A stretch of 64,000 nucleotides of DNA from Escherichia coli (lineage in GTDB: Bacteria; Pseudomonadota; Gammaproteobacteria; Enterobacterales; Enterobacteriaceae). A program made the translations under genes and the position numbers. The DNA lies in assembly GCF_003334255.1 (NCBI RefSeq), contig NZ_QOWU01000025.1. The stretch is one strand, 5' to 3'. Numbering within the stretch: the stretch's first letter is position 1; each line of letters begins with the position of its first letter. The notes under the pieces were generated by a model, which worked only from the letters and a program-made list of their open reading frames with translations, had not been told where the DNA came from and did no database searches. Shown piece after piece: positions 12,399 to 24,889 of the stretch.

Positions 12399-12881
12399 AT
12401 GATAAAGCACCTGGTAGCACCCCTGGTTTTCACCTCACTAATACTGACTGGCTGCCAGTCCCCTCAGGGAAAGTTTACTCCTGAGCAAGTCGCCGCTATG
12501 CAATCTTATGGATTTACTGAATCCGCCGGCGACTGGTCGCTGGGCTTATCAGATGCCATTCTGTTCGCAAAAAATGACTACAAATTGCTCCCGGAAAGCC
12601 AGCAACAGATCCAAACCATGGCAGCTAAATTGGCCTCGACAGGGCTAACACATGCCCGTATGGATGGACACACCGATAACTATGGTGAAGACAGTTACAA
12701 CGAAGGCTTATCATTGAAACGGGCGAATGTCGTGGCCGATGCATGGGCTATGGGTGGACAAATTCCACGCAGCAATCTCACCACACAGGGTTTAGGAAAA
12801 AAATATCCCATAGCCAGTAACAAGACCGCCCAGGGCCGCGCCGAGAACCGCCGCGTCGCAGTGGTGATTACTACCCCTTAA
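12399..12881 (+). CDS. yfiB: OmpA-family outer membrane lipoprotein YfiB, 160 aa
   Basis: Lipoprotein signal (LILTGC) and OmpA-like C-terminal motif NRRVAVV. Confidence 0.85.
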   Translation: MIKHLVAPLVFTSLILTGCQSPQGKFTPEQVAAMQSYGFTESAGDWSLGLSDAILFAKNDYKLLPESQQQIQTMAAKLASTGLTHARMDGHTDNYGEDSYNEGLSLKRANVVADAWAMGGQIPRSNLTTQGLGKKYPIASNKTAQGRAENRRVAVVITTP

Positions 12882-12900
12882 AACACCAGCAAACAGATAA

Positions 12901-12930
12901 AAAAGGGCCAGCCAATTGGCCAGCCCTTCT
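12901..12930. terminator. Bidirectional terminator between yfiB and rplS
   Basis: AAGGGCCAGCC-AATT-GGCCAGCCCTT hairpin. Confidence 0.7.
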
Positions 12931-12956
12931 TAACAGGATGTCGCTTAAGCGAAATC

Positions 12957-13307
<351 letters not shown>

Positions 13308-13345
13308 TTAATCTCTTATCCTGGGTAAACTGATATCTCGGGGGC

Positions 13346-14113
13346 TTACGCCATCCCATCATGTTTATGTTGCTGTTGTGCGTGTTCCGTTTTGAACTCC
13401 GCCAGCAACCTTGCTTGCTCTTCAGTCAGAGCCAGGTTTTCCAGAAGTTCAGGTCTTCTAAGCCAGGTACGGCCCAGCGACTGTTTCAAACGCCAGCGAC
13501 GTATCTCGGCATGGTTGCCCGACAGTAACACTGGCGGAACTTCCATCCCTTCTAACACCTCAGGCCGCGTATAGTGCGGGCAATCCAGCAATCCTTCAGC
13601 AAAGGAATCTTCCGTTGCCGAGGCTTCATGTCCCAGTACTCCCGGAATAAACCGGGAAACGGAGTCAATCAGCGTCATTGCTGGTAACTCACCACCACTG
13701 AGAACGTAATCGCCGATTGACCATTCTTCGTCAATTTCGGTTTGGATCACGCGCTCATCTATACCTTCGTAGCGACCGCACACCAGAATCAATTTTTGAT
13801 TCGTTGCCAGTTCGCTGACGCCCGCTTGATCAAGCTTGCGTCCCTGTGGTGACAGATAAATCACCTTTGCGCCTTCACCCGCCGCGGCTTTTGCTGCATG
13901 AATGGCGTCCCGCAAGGGTTGCACCATCATTAACATCCCCGGTCCGCCGCCGTAAGGACGATCGTCCACGGTACGGTGCCGGTCATGCGTGAAGTCGCGA
14001 GGACTCCAGCTCTGGATGCTCAGCAGGCCATTTTTAACTGCCCGGCCAGTTACCCCGTAATCGGTAATTGCGCGGAACATTTCAGGAAACAGGCTAATTA
14101 TGCCAATCCACAT
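13346..14113 (-). CDS. trmD: tRNA (m1G37) methyltransferase, 255 aa
   Basis: ORF translation [31 protein letters not shown]. Confidence 0.95.
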
Positions 14114-14143
14114 AGCGCCGTCTTTTACCGTTTATCCGGTGGT

Positions 14144-14692
14144 TTAAAAACCAGGATCCCAATCTACTTCGATTGAACGAGTAGTGAGATCGACTTTCTT
14201 GATAACCTGCCCATCGAGGAACGGTACGAGACGTTCCTTGATACCAAACGCATCTTTCAGGTTTGCCTTAATGACGAGAACGTCATTAGATCCGGTTTCC
14301 ATCATATCGACGACTTTACCGAGATCGTAGCCTTCAGTGGTTACTACCTGGCAGCCCATCAGGTCTTTCCAGTAGTAGTCCCCCTCTTCAAGCTGAGGCA
14401 GCTGCGATGAATCCACGACAATTTCACAATTCGTCAGCAGGTTCGCCGCATCACGATCGTCAACGCCTTTCAGCTTGATGATCATGTCCTGATTGTGGTG
14501 CTTCCAGCTTTCCAGCTGGACTTGCTGCCACTGACCCGCCTTCTGGATAAACCAGGGCTGATAGTCAAAAATGCTTTCGGCGTCTTCGGTGGAAGAAAAC
14601 ACTCTGAGCCACCCACGAATACCGTAAGACGAACCCATTTTTCCCAAAACGATGGGATCAACAGGTGCTTGCGCGGTGAGTTGTTTGCTCAT
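14144..14692 (-). CDS. rimM: 16S rRNA processing protein RimM, 182 aa
   Basis: Translation begins [33 protein letters not shown] after trimming 3 codons. Confidence 0.9.
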
Positions 14693-14710
14693 CATGACCA
14701 CCGTGACAGA

Positions 14711-15037
<327 letters not shown>

Positions 15038-15207
15038 TTACTCATTTTTGCGGGAATTGCAATCAACAGTTGCTAACTCTGCTGTAAAAGGCCGTCGGCG
15101 GTGCAGCCAGTTTGGTGCCGGAGTGCGCGCAGTCACCGGAGCGTACACGCAGTACGTGAGGATGACGAGCACATCCCGGTGCCAAAATGGCAAACAAGCC
15201 AGGCCGA

Positions 15208-16569
15208 TTAGCGACCAGGGAAGCCTGGGGGCATCATACCCTTCATGCTTCTCATCATCTTCGCCATTCCGCCCTTCTTCATTTTCTTCATCATGCGCTG
15301 CATGTCGTCGAACTGTTTCAGAAGACGGTTAACGTCCTGCACCTGCATACCGCAACCGGCAGCAATACGGCGTTTACGCGAACCTTTGATGATTTCTGGC
15401 TTAGCGCGCTCTTTCATCGTCATCGAGTTGATGATGGCTTCCATACGCACCAGCACTTTATCGTCCATCTGTGACTTGACGTTATCCGGGATCTGCCCCA
15501 TGCCCGGCAGCTTGCCCATCAGACTAGCCATGCCGCCCATATTTTTCATCTGGCGCAGCTGCTCAAGAAAGTCGTTGAGATCGAAGCCGTCACCTTTTTT
15601 CAGCTTGCTGGCTAATTTCTCTGCCTGCGCGCGGTCAACTTTGCTTTCGATATCTTCGATCAGCGACAGTACGTCGCCCATGCCGAGAATACGCGACGCG
15701 ATGCGGTCCGGATGGAACGGCTCCAGCGCCTCAGTTTTCTCGCCAACACCGAGGAACTTGATCGGTTTGCCAGTGATGTGACGAATAGAGAGCGCCGCAC
15801 CGCCGCGGGCATCGCCGTCCACTTTGGTCAACACTACGCCGGTAAGCGGTAACGCTTCATTGAATGCTTTTGCCGTATTGGCCGCATCCTGACCGGTCAT
15901 GGCGTCAACCACAAACAGGGTTTCAACCGGGTTAATCGACGCATGGACTTGTTTGATCTCGTCCATCATCGCTTCGTCAACGTGCAGACGACCAGCGGTA
16001 TCCACCAGCAGCACGTCGTAGAATTTCAGTTTGGCTTCTTTCAGCGCCGCGTTAACGATATCTACCGGCTTCTGACCAACATCAGAAGGGAAGAAATCAA
16101 CGCCCACCTGCTCTGCCAGCGTCTCAAGCTGTTTGATTGCCGCCGGGCGATAAACGTCGGCAGAAACCACCAGCACTTTCTTCTTGTGCTTCTCGCGCAG
16201 GAACTTACCGAGTTTACCAACGCTGGTTGTTTTACCGGCACCTTGCAGGCCCGCCATCAGTACGACCGCAGGCGGTTGCGCAGCCAGGTTCAGGGTCTGG
16301 TTCTCTTCGCCCATCGCCGCAACCAGTTCGTTACGGACTATTTTGACGAACTCCTGCCCCGGCGTCAGGCTCTTATTAACTTCATGACCAACCGCTTTCT
16401 CTTTTACGCGATTGATAAACTCACGCACTACCGGCAGAGCTACGTCCGCCTCCAGCAGCGCCATGCGCACTTCGCGCAGCGTATCTTTTACGTTGTCTTC
16501 AGTGAGGCGTCCACGGCCACTGATATTGCGCAGCGTGCGCGACAAACGATCGGTTAAATTATCAAACAT
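15208..16569 (-). CDS. ffh: Signal recognition particle protein Ffh, 453 aa
   Basis: ORF translation MFDNLTDRLSRTLRNISGRGRLTEDNVKDTLREVRMALLEADVALPVV; GTPase motif GLQGAGKTT; Met-rich M domain. Confidence 0.95.
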   Translation of the reverse strand: MFDNLTDRLSRTLRNISGRGRLTEDNVKDTLREVRMALLEADVALPVVREFINRVKEKAVGHEVNKSLTPGQEFVKIVRNELVAAMGEENQTLNLAAQPPAVVLMAGLQGAGKTTSVGKLGKFLREKHKKKVLVVSADVYRPAAIKQLETLAEQVGVDFFPSDVGQKPVDIVNAALKEAKLKFYDVLLVDTAGRLHVDEAMMDEIKQVHASINPVETLFVVDAMTGQDAANTAKAFNEALPLTGVVLTKVDGDARGGAALSIRHITGKPIKFLGVGEKTEALEPFHPDRIASRILGMGDVLSLIEDIESKVDRAQAEKLASKLKKGDGFDLNDFLEQLRQMKNMGGMASLMGKLPGMGQIPDNVKSQMDDKVLVRMEAIINSMTMKERAKPEIIKGSRKRRIAAGCGMQVQDVNRLLKQFDDMQRMMKKMKKGGMAKMMRSMKGMMPPGFPGR

Positions 16570-16735
16570 TGTCTCTCGCCTGGGGTGGAAACGGTTGGCC
16601 GCAATCGCGACACATCATCAGTATTTTGCCGCAGTATAACATGAAGGCGTCTTTGTTGTTATGCAACGGTTGGAGCAGCGTTCACCTGACGCTATACTGC
16701 TTCTCTTTCTTATTGCTCAAACTGTCGACATCACT

Positions 16736-17527
16736 ATGCCCGTTTTTGCTCTGCTCGCGCTTGTCGCCTACTCCGTCAGTCTTGCGCTGATTGTTCCCGG
16801 TCTGCTGCAAAAAAACGGCGGCTGGCGGCGCATGGCTATTATTTCTGCGGTCATTGCGCTGGTCTGCCACGCAATCGCTCTGGAAGCCCGCATCCTGCCC
16901 GACGGTGATAGCGGACAAAACCTCAGCCTGCTGAACGTTGGTTCATTGGTCAGTTTGATGATCTGTACGGTAATGACCATTGTGGCTTCTCGCAATCGTG
17001 GCTGGCTGCTGCTACCCATTGTCTATGCCTTTGCGCTTATCAACCTGGCGCTGGCAACCTTCATGCCCAATGAATACATCACCCATCTGGAAGCTACGCC
17101 TGGGATGCTGGTGCACATTGGCTTATCGCTCTTTTCCTATGCCACGCTAATTATCGCCGCCCTGTACGCGCTGCAACTGGCGTGGATTGATTACCAACTG
17201 AAGAACAAGAAGCTGGCGTTTAACCAGGAAATGCCGCCATTGATGAGTATCGAGCGTAAAATGTTCCACATCACGCAGATTGGCGTGGTGCTGCTAACGC
17301 TCACGCTTTGCACTGGCCTGTTCTACATGCACAACTTATTTAGCATGGAAAATATCGACAAGGCTGTGCTCTCTATCGTGGCGTGGTTTGTCTATATTGT
17401 GCTGCTGTGGGGACATTATCATGAAGGATGGCGTGGACGCCGCGTCGTCTGGTTTAACGTTGCGGGCGCGGTAATTCTGACACTGGCCTACTTCGGCAGC
17501 CGAATTGTCCAGCAGTTAATCAGCTAA
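16736..17527 (+). CDS. ypjD: Inner membrane protein YpjD (cytochrome c assembly CcsA-like family), about 263 aa
   Basis: Multi-TM hydrophobic ORF divergent from ffh; start set at internal ATG (MPVFALLALVAYS). Confidence 0.7.
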   Translation: MPVFALLALVAYSVSLALIVPGLLQKNGGWRRMAIISAVIALVCHAIALEARILPDGDSGQNLSLLNVGSLVSLMICTVMTIVASRNRGWLLLPIVYAFALINLALATFMPNEYITHLEATPGMLVHIGLSLFSYATLIIAALYALQLAWIDYQLKNKKLAFNQEMPPLMSIERKMFHITQIGVVLLTLTLCTGLFYMHNLFSMENIDKAVLSIVAWFVYIVLLWGHYHEGWRGRRVVWFNVAGAVILTLAYFGSRIVQQLIS

Positions 17528-17571
17528 ACCCAGAAAAGGAGTTTCCCCTGGAACACATTTCTACTACTACG

Positions 17572-18834
17572 TTGATCATTATTCTGATCATCATGGTGGT
17601 CATTTCAGCCTATTTTTCCGGGTCCGAAACCGGAATGATGACCCTCAACCGCTATCGTCTGCGACATATGGCGAAACAGGGTAATCGCTCGGCCAAACGC
17701 GTCGAAAAATTGCTGCGTAAGCCAGACCGCCTGATAAGCCTGGTGTTAATCGGCAATAACCTGGTCAATATTCTTGCCTCCGCGCTCGGCACTATTGTTG
17801 GGATGCGTTTGTACGGCGATGCGGGCGTGGCAATTGCGACTGGTGTGCTGACTTTTGTCGTACTGGTATTTGCTGAGGTATTGCCGAAAACCATTGCCGC
17901 GCTGTACCCGGAAAAAGTCGCTTATCCGAGTAGTTTTCTGCTGGCTCCGCTGCAAATTTTGATGATGCCGCTGGTCTGGTTGCTGAATGCTATCACCCGT
18001 ATGCTGATGCGCATGATGGGTATCAAAACCGATATCGTGGTTAGCGGCTCTTTGAGCAAAGAAGAGTTGCGCACTATCGTGCACGAATCACGCTCACAAA
18101 TTTCCCGTCGCAATCAGGATATGCTGCTGTCGGTGCTCGATCTGGAAAAAATGACCGTTGATGACATCATGGTGCCGCGCAGTGAAATTATCGGTATTGA
18201 TATCAACGATGACTGGAAATCGATTCTGCGCCAACTCTCCCACTCACCTCACGGGCGCATCGTGCTCTACCGTGATTCGCTGGACGACGCCATCAGTATG
18301 CTGCGAGTACGTGAAGCCTGGCGGTTGATGTCGGAGAAAAAAGAGTTCACCAAAGAAACCATGCTGCGCGCCGCGGACGAGATCTATTTTGTGCCGGAAG
18401 GTACGCCGCTCAGCACGCAGTTGGTAAAGTTTCAGCGCAACAAAAAGAAAGTCGGCCTGGTCGTCAACGAGTATGGAGACATTCAGGGGCTGGTGACGGT
18501 TGAAGATATTCTGGAAGAGATTGTCGGCGATTTCACTACGTCGATGTCGCCAACACTTGCCGAAGAGGTCACGCCGCAAAACGACGGTTCGGTGATTATC
18601 GATGGCACCGCCAACGTGCGGGAAATCAACAAAGCCTTTAACTGGCATCTACCGGAAGATGATGCCCGCACGGTTAATGGCGTCATTCTTGAGGCACTGG
18701 AAGAGATCCCTGTCGCAGGCACCCGCGTGCGTATTGGCGAGTACGATATCGATATTCTCGACGTACAGGACAATATGATTAAGCAGGTAAAAGTTTTTCC
18801 TGTGAAACCGCTGCGCGAGAGTGTGGCGGAGTAA
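17572..18834 (+). CDS. yfjD: CNNM/CorC-type membrane protein (DUF21 + CBS pair + CorC/HlyC C-terminal domain), 420 aa
   Basis: N-terminal TM region, CBS-like segments and C-terminal transporter-associated domain; exact start uncertain. Confidence 0.75.
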   Translation: MIIILIIMVVISAYFSGSETGMMTLNRYRLRHMAKQGNRSAKRVEKLLRKPDRLISLVLIGNNLVNILASALGTIVGMRLYGDAGVAIATGVLTFVVLVFAEVLPKTIAALYPEKVAYPSSFLLAPLQILMMPLVWLLNAITRMLMRMMGIKTDIVVSGSLSKEELRTIVHESRSQISRRNQDMLLSVLDLEKMTVDDIMVPRSEIIGIDINDDWKSILRQLSHSPHGRIVLYRDSLDDAISMLRVREAWRLMSEKKEFTKETMLRAADEIYFVPEGTPLSTQLVKFQRNKKKVGLVVNEYGDIQGLVTVEDILEEIVGDFTTSMSPTLAEEVTPQNDGSVIIDGTANVREINKAFNWHLPEDDARTVNGVILEALEEIPVAGTRVRIGEYDIDILDVQDNMIKQVKVFPVKPLRESVAE

Positions 18835-18837
18835 CGA

Positions 18838-18870
18838 AAACGGCCCGGCATTCGCATGCAGGGCCGTGAA
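18838..18870. terminator. Bidirectional terminator between yfjD and grpE
   Basis: CGGCCC ... GGGCCG hairpin. Confidence 0.6.
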
Positions 18871-18888
18871 TTATTACGAAAGCAGAAA

Positions 18889-19515
<627 letters not shown>

Positions 19516-19527
19516 CTAACTTCGCTT

Positions 19528-19556
19528 ATTATGGGGATCAGTTTCAGGGTTTCAAG
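19528..19556 (-). promoter_or_regulatory. sigma32 heat-shock promoter of grpE
   Basis: On minus strand CTTGAAA (rc of 19550-19556), 13-nt spacer, CCCCATAAT (rc of 19528-19536); close match to the sigma32 consensus. Confidence 0.7.
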
Positions 19557-19604
19557 GGAAGCACTCACATTGTCATCAATCTTCGCAACAAGGACCTCGG
19601 AAAA

Positions 19605-20483
19605 ATGAATAATCATTTCAAGTGTATTGGCATTGTGGGACACCCACGGCACCCCACTGCACTGACAACACATGAAATGCTCTACCGCTGGCTGTGCACA
19701 AAAGGTTACGAGGTCATCGTTGAGCAACAAATCGCTCACGAACTGCAACTGAAGAATGTGAAAACTGGCACGCTCGCGGAGATTGGGCAACTAGCTGATC
19801 TCGCGGTAGTCGTTGGTGGCGACGGTAATATGCTGGGCGCGGCACGCACACTCGCCCGTTACGATATTAAAGTTATTGGAATCAACCGTGGCAACCTGGG
19901 TTTCCTGACTGACCTTGACCCCGATAACGCCCAGCAACAGTTAGCCGATGTGCTGGAAGGCCACTACATCAGCGAGAAACGTTTTTTGCTGGAAGCGCAA
20001 GTCTGTCAGCAAGATTGCCAGAAACGCATCAGCACCGCGATAAATGAAGTGGTGCTTCATCCAGGCAAAGTGGCGCATATGATTGAGTTCGAAGTGTATA
20101 TCGACGAGATCTTTGCGTTTTCTCAGCGATCTGATGGACTAATTATTTCGACGCCAACAGGCTCCACCGCCTATTCCCTCTCTGCAGGCGGTCCTATTCT
20201 GACCCCCTCTCTGGATGCGATTACCCTGGTGCCCATGTTCCCGCATACGTTGTCAGCACGACCACTGGTCATAAACAGCAGCAGCACGATCCGTCTGCGT
20301 TTTTCGCATCGCCGTAACGACCTGGAAATCAGTTGCGACAGCCAGATAGCACTGCCGATTCAGGAAGGTGAAGATGTCCTGATTCGTCGCTGTGATTACC
20401 ATCTGAATCTGATTCATCCGAAAGATTACAGTTATTTCAACACATTAAGCACCAAGCTCGGCTGGTCAAAAAAATTATTCTAA
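19605..20483 (+). CDS. nadK: NAD kinase, 292 aa
   Basis: ORF translation [35 protein letters not shown] motif. Confidence 0.9.
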
Positions 20484-20502
20484 TTTTACGCCAGCCTCTT
20501 TA

Positions 20503-20558
20503 CTGTATATAAAACCAGTTTATACTGTACACAATAACAGTAATGGTTTTTCATACAG
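20503..20558 (+). promoter_or_regulatory. Tandem LexA (SOS) boxes in the recN promoter
   Basis: CTGTATATAAAACCAG at 20503-20518 and CTGTACACAATAACAG at 20525-20540 match CTGT-N8-ACAG; a weaker third site ends with ACAG at 20555-20558. Confidence 0.75.
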
Positions 20559-20568
20559 GAAAACGACT

Positions 20569-22230
20569 ATGTTGGCACAACTGACCATCAGCAACTTTGC
20601 TATCGTTCGTGAGCTTGAGATTGATTTTCATAGCGGCATGACCGTAATAACTGGCGAGACCGGCGCGGGTAAATCTATTGCAATAGATGCCCTCGGTCTT
20701 TGTCTCGGTGGTCGCGCTGAAGCCGACATGGTGCGTACCGGCGCTGCTCGCGCTGACCTGTGCGCCCGTTTTTCTCTGAAAGATACGCCAGCGGCTCTGC
20801 GCTGGCTGGAAGAAAACCAGCTTGAAGACGGGCATGAATGTTTGCTTCGTCGCGTGATCAGCAGCGATGGTCGCTCCCGTGGTTTCATCAACGGTACAGC
20901 TGTTCCTCTGTCACAACTGCGCGAACTGGGTCAGTTGCTGATTCAGATCCATGGTCAGCACGCTCATCAATTACTCACCAAACCTGAGCACCAAAAATTC
21001 CTGCTTGATGGCTATGCCAATGAAACCTCTCTACTGCAGGAAATGACCGCACGTTATCAGTTGTGGCATCAAAGCTGCCGTGACCTCGCGCATCATCAAC
21101 AGTTAAGTCAGGAACGCGCCGCCCGTGCGGAACTGCTGCAATACCAATTAAAAGAACTTAACGAATTTAATCCGCAGCCCGGAGAGTTTGAACAAATCGA
21201 CGAAGAGTACAAACGTCTGGCGAACAGCGGTCAATTGCTGACCACCAGCCAGAATGCATTGGCATTAATGGCCGACGGTGAAGACGCAAACCTGCAAAGT
21301 CAGCTTTACACGGCTAAACAACTGGTGAGCGAATTGATTGGCATGGACAGCAAACTGTCCGGCGTACTTGATATGCTGGAAGAAGCTACCATCCAGATTG
21401 CTGAAGCCAGCGATGAACTGCGCCACTACTGCGATCGTCTGGATCTCGATCCCAACCGACTATTTGAACTTGAACAGCGCATCTCAAAACAGATTTCGCT
21501 GGCACGTAAACATCACGTCAGCCCTGAGGCATTGCCACAGTATTACCAGTCGCTACTGGAAGAACAGCAGCAACTGGACGATCAGGCCGACTCACAAGAA
21601 ACGCTTGCGCTGGCGGTAACGAAACATCATCAGCAGGCACTGGAAATCGCGCGCGCATTACACCAACAACGCCAGCAATATGCAGAAGAACTTGCACAGC
21701 TGATCACCGACAGTATGCATGCGCTCTCAATGCCGCATGGGCAGTTTACGATCGATGTTAAATTTGACGAGCATCACCTGGGCGCTGACGGTGCCGATCG
21801 TATTGAGTTTCGGGTAACCACCAACCCAGGTCAGCCAATGCAGCCTATTGCCAAAGTCGCATCCGGTGGTGAATTGTCCCGCATCGCACTGGCAATCCAG
21901 GTCATCACGGCGCGTAAAATGGAAACCCCGGCACTGATTTTTGATGAAGTGGATGTAGGGATTAGCGGTCCAACAGCGGCAGTTGTCGGCAAACTGCTGC
22001 GTCAACTCGGCGAATCAACTCAGGTGATGTGTGTTACCCACCTGCCACAAGTCGCGGGATGTGGTCATCAACACTATTTTGTCAGCAAAGAAACCGATGG
22101 TGCGATGACAGAAACGCATATGCAATCCCTGAATAAAAAAGCGCGGTTACAAGAGCTGGCGCGCCTGCTTGGTGGCAGTGAAGTCACACGTAATACACTG
22201 GCGAATGCGAAAGAACTGCTTGCAGCGTAA
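20569..22230 (+). CDS. recN: DNA repair protein RecN (SMC-like ATPase), 553 aa
   Basis: ORF translation [42 protein letters not shown]; Walker A motif. Confidence 0.95.
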
Positions 22231-22378
22231 ACTTTTTTCCTGCTTCACGGTCAGAGTAAACAGCAAAACGCCGTAAGACCGGAAAGCAAAAGGTTTTAAA
22301 GTGATGAAAGGTCTATTATCATCGGCATATTACAGATGAGCCACGTACTGCTCGGGCCCGAAAAGGAATCAAATCACT

Positions 22379-22720
22379 ATGCGCTGTAAAACGCTGACTG
22401 CTGCAGCAGCAGTACTATTGATGTTGACCGCAGGCTGTTCCACTCTGGAGCGAGTGGTTTACCGTCCTGACATCAACCAGGGGAACTATCTGACCGCTAA
22501 CGACGTATCCAAAATACGTGTTGGCATGACGCAACAACAAGTTGCGTACGCATTGGGTACACCGCTGATGTCCGATCCATTTGGTACGAATACCTGGTTC
22601 TATGTCTTCCGCCAGCAACCAGGTCATGAAGGTGTAACTCAGCAAACGCTGACGCTGACCTTTAACAGTAGCGGTGTGTTGACCAATATTGATAACAAAC
22701 CTGCGCTGAGTGGTAACTAA
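22379..22720 (+). CDS. bamE: Outer membrane protein assembly lipoprotein BamE, 113 aa
   Basis: Lipoprotein signal [21 protein letters not shown]. Confidence 0.9.
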
Positions 22721-22745
22721 TAATAAAGTTGCTCTCAAAGACGTT

Positions 22746-22775
22746 AAAAAAGGTGCTCAATGAGCACCTTTTTTC
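22746..22775. terminator. Bidirectional terminator between bamE and ratB
   Basis: AAAAAAGGTGCTCAATGAGCACCTTTTTTC perfect hairpin flanked by A and T tracts. Confidence 0.8.
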
Positions 22776-22781
22776 TGTCTG

Positions 22782-23072
22782 TTATTTATTCGCTGATTTT
22801 TCTGCTCGTTGCCTGCGAAGCTCTTTCGGATCGGCAATAAGAGGGCGATAAATCTCCACCCGATCGCCATCATGCACACTATCGCTTAGTTTTGCCGGAC
22901 GGCTGTAAATGCCGACTTTGTTTTTAGTTAAATCGATATCGGTACGCAATTCCAGCAAGCCACTGGCGCGAATAGCTTCTTCAACCGTCGCGCCCTCCTG
23001 CAGCGTCACTCGCTGCAGGTACTGCTTCTCAGGTAGCGCATAAGCCACCTCAACGGCAATTTTACCTGGCAC
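22782..23072 (-). CDS. ratB: RatB / YfjF (UPF0125 family), about 96 aa
   Basis: Downstream of ratA with short overlap; probable GTG start ([16 protein letters not shown]); track ORF is 5'-extended. Confidence 0.65.
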
Positions 23073-23538
23073 TGTAAACCTCTTTCGCACGAACCGTAAA
23101 AGCCTGGACCATATTAGCCGCCAGCTCTTTAAACACGCGACCAAAGGCGAGTTCAATCAACTTATTGGTAAACTCAAAGTCGAGATGAAACTCGATACGA
23201 CACGCCTCCTGGCTCAGCGGCGTAAACTTCCATCCACCAATCAATTTCTTGAACGGCCCATCCACCAGATTCATAAGAATACTTTGGTTACTGGTCAACT
23301 GGTTGCGGGTAGTAAACGTTTTGCTGATCCCAGCCTTAGAGACATCTACCGCCGCAGTCATCTGCCCAGGAGTGGACTCCAGAATCCGACTTCCGGTACA
23401 ACCCGGCAAAAACTGAGGATAAGACTGAACGTCATTCACTAACTGATACATTTGCTCCGCGCTGTAGGGTACCAGTGCGGTCCGGCTAATCTGAGGCATA
23501 ACAATTTCCATCAACAAAAATCCAACAAATAATATCAT
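23062..23538 (-). CDS. ratA: Ribosome association toxin RatA (SRPBCC/polyketide cyclase-like fold), 158 aa
   Basis: Position divergent from smp[51 protein letters not shown]; true start may be an internal Met. Confidence 0.75.
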   Translation of the reverse strand: MILFVGFLLMEIVMPQISRTALVPYSAEQMYQLVNDVQSYPQFLPGCTGSRILESTPGQMTAAVDVSKAGISKTFTTRNQLTSNQSILMNLVDGPFKKLIGGWKFTPLSQEACRIEFHLDFEFTNKLIELAFGRVFKELAANMVQAFTVRAKEVYSAR

Positions 23539-23669
23539 TTATCCTGCTGTAAAAAAAACGCTATCCCGGCGCTGGGTAACATCGGGTTCATGCTAAGATA
23601 GAGCCTTGTCCCCCGCAGGATTGATATGGGGTGTTTTCGATTTCAGATTACCGATGATTCACGACGCTT

Positions 23670-24152
23670 ATGACGAAGAAAAAAGCACATAAACCTGGTT
23701 CAGCGACCATCGCGCTTAACAAGCGCGCCCGTCACGAATACTTTATCGAAGAAGAGTTCGAAGCGGGACTTGCCCTGCAAGGCTGGGAAGTTAAATCCCT
23801 GCGCGCAGGAAAAGCCAATATCAGCGACAGCTACGTCCTTCTGCGTGACGGAGAGGCATTTCTGTTTGGCGCTAACATCACGCCAATGGCCGTGGCCTCC
23901 ACGCATGTGGTGTGCGATCCTACCCGTACCCGCAAGTTACTTCTCAACCAGCGCGAACTGGACTCATTGTACGGTCGCGTCAATCGAGAAGGCTATACCG
24001 TAGTGGCGCTCTCCCTGTACTGGAAAAATGCCTGGTGCAAAGTGAAAATCGGCGTCGCCAAAGGTAAGAAACAGCACGATAAACGTTCAGATATCAAAGA
24101 GCGCGAATGGCAGGTGGATAAAGCACGTATCATGAAAAACGCCCACCGTTAA
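23670..24152 (+). CDS. smpB: SsrA-binding protein SmpB, 160 aa
   Basis: ORF translation [56 protein letters not shown]. Confidence 0.95.
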
Positions 24153-24366
24153 ACCTGCACTCCAATTATTGACCAGTTCCTCACCGCGCCTCCCTCTCCG
24201 GCGGCGCGAATGAACATCTTATTGGCTATCACATCCGACACAAATGTTGCCATCCCATTGCTTAATCGAATAAAAATCAGGCTACATGGGTGCTAAATCT
24301 TTAACGATAACGCCATTGAGGCTGGTCATGGCGCTCATAAATCTGGTATACTTACCTTTACACATT

Positions 24367-24729
24367 GGGGCTGATTCTGGATTCGACGGGATTTGCGAAA
24401 CCCAAGGTGCATGCCGAGGGGCGGTTGGCCTCGTAAAAAGCCGCAAAAAATAGTCGCAAACGACGAAAACTACGCTTTAGCAGCTTAATAACCTGCTTAG
24501 AGCCCTCTCTCCCTAGCCTCCGCTCTTAGGACGGGGATCAAGAGAGGTCAAACCCAAAAGAGATCGCGTGGAAGCCCTGCCTGGGGTTGAAGCGTTAAAA
24601 CTTAATCAGGCTAGTTTGTTAGTGGCGTGTCCGTCCGCAGCTGGCAAGCGAATGTAAAGACTGACTAAGCATGTAGTACCGAGGATGTAGGAATTTCGGA
24701 CGCGGGTTCAACTCCCGCCAGCTCCACCA
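24367..24729 (+). ncRNA. ssrA: tmRNA (transfer-messenger RNA), 363 nt
   Basis: Starts GGGGCTGATTCTGGATTCGACGGG, contains tag-encoding segment (GCAAACGACGAAAACTACGCTTTAGCAGCTTAA) and tRNA-like 3' end GGTTCAACTCCCGCCAGCTCCACCA. Confidence 0.95.
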
Positions 24730-24857
24730 ATCATGATTGGACGGTGTAAGGACAACACCAACAAAAACAGGAAGTTAGAAGTCTCAGCAAAACACCGACC
24801 AGACGGTGAGGAGACATAAAAGGATACGCAAAGGAGCCGCGGCTCCTGGTAACATGA

Positions 24858-24880
24858 AAGCCCACAGATGTGGGCTTTTT
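24858..24880. terminator. Hairpin with T-tract between ssrA and the convergent autotransporter gene
   Basis: AAAGCCCACA-GATG-TGGGCTTTTT. Confidence 0.6.
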
Positions 24881-24889
24881 CGTTGATGG

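Noticed and set aside
22782..23538. ratA-ratB as a novel toxin-antitoxin-like pair
   Set aside because: Both are recognisable conserved genes adjacent to smpB-ssrA in enterobacteria; nothing in the sequence suggests an undescribed system here.
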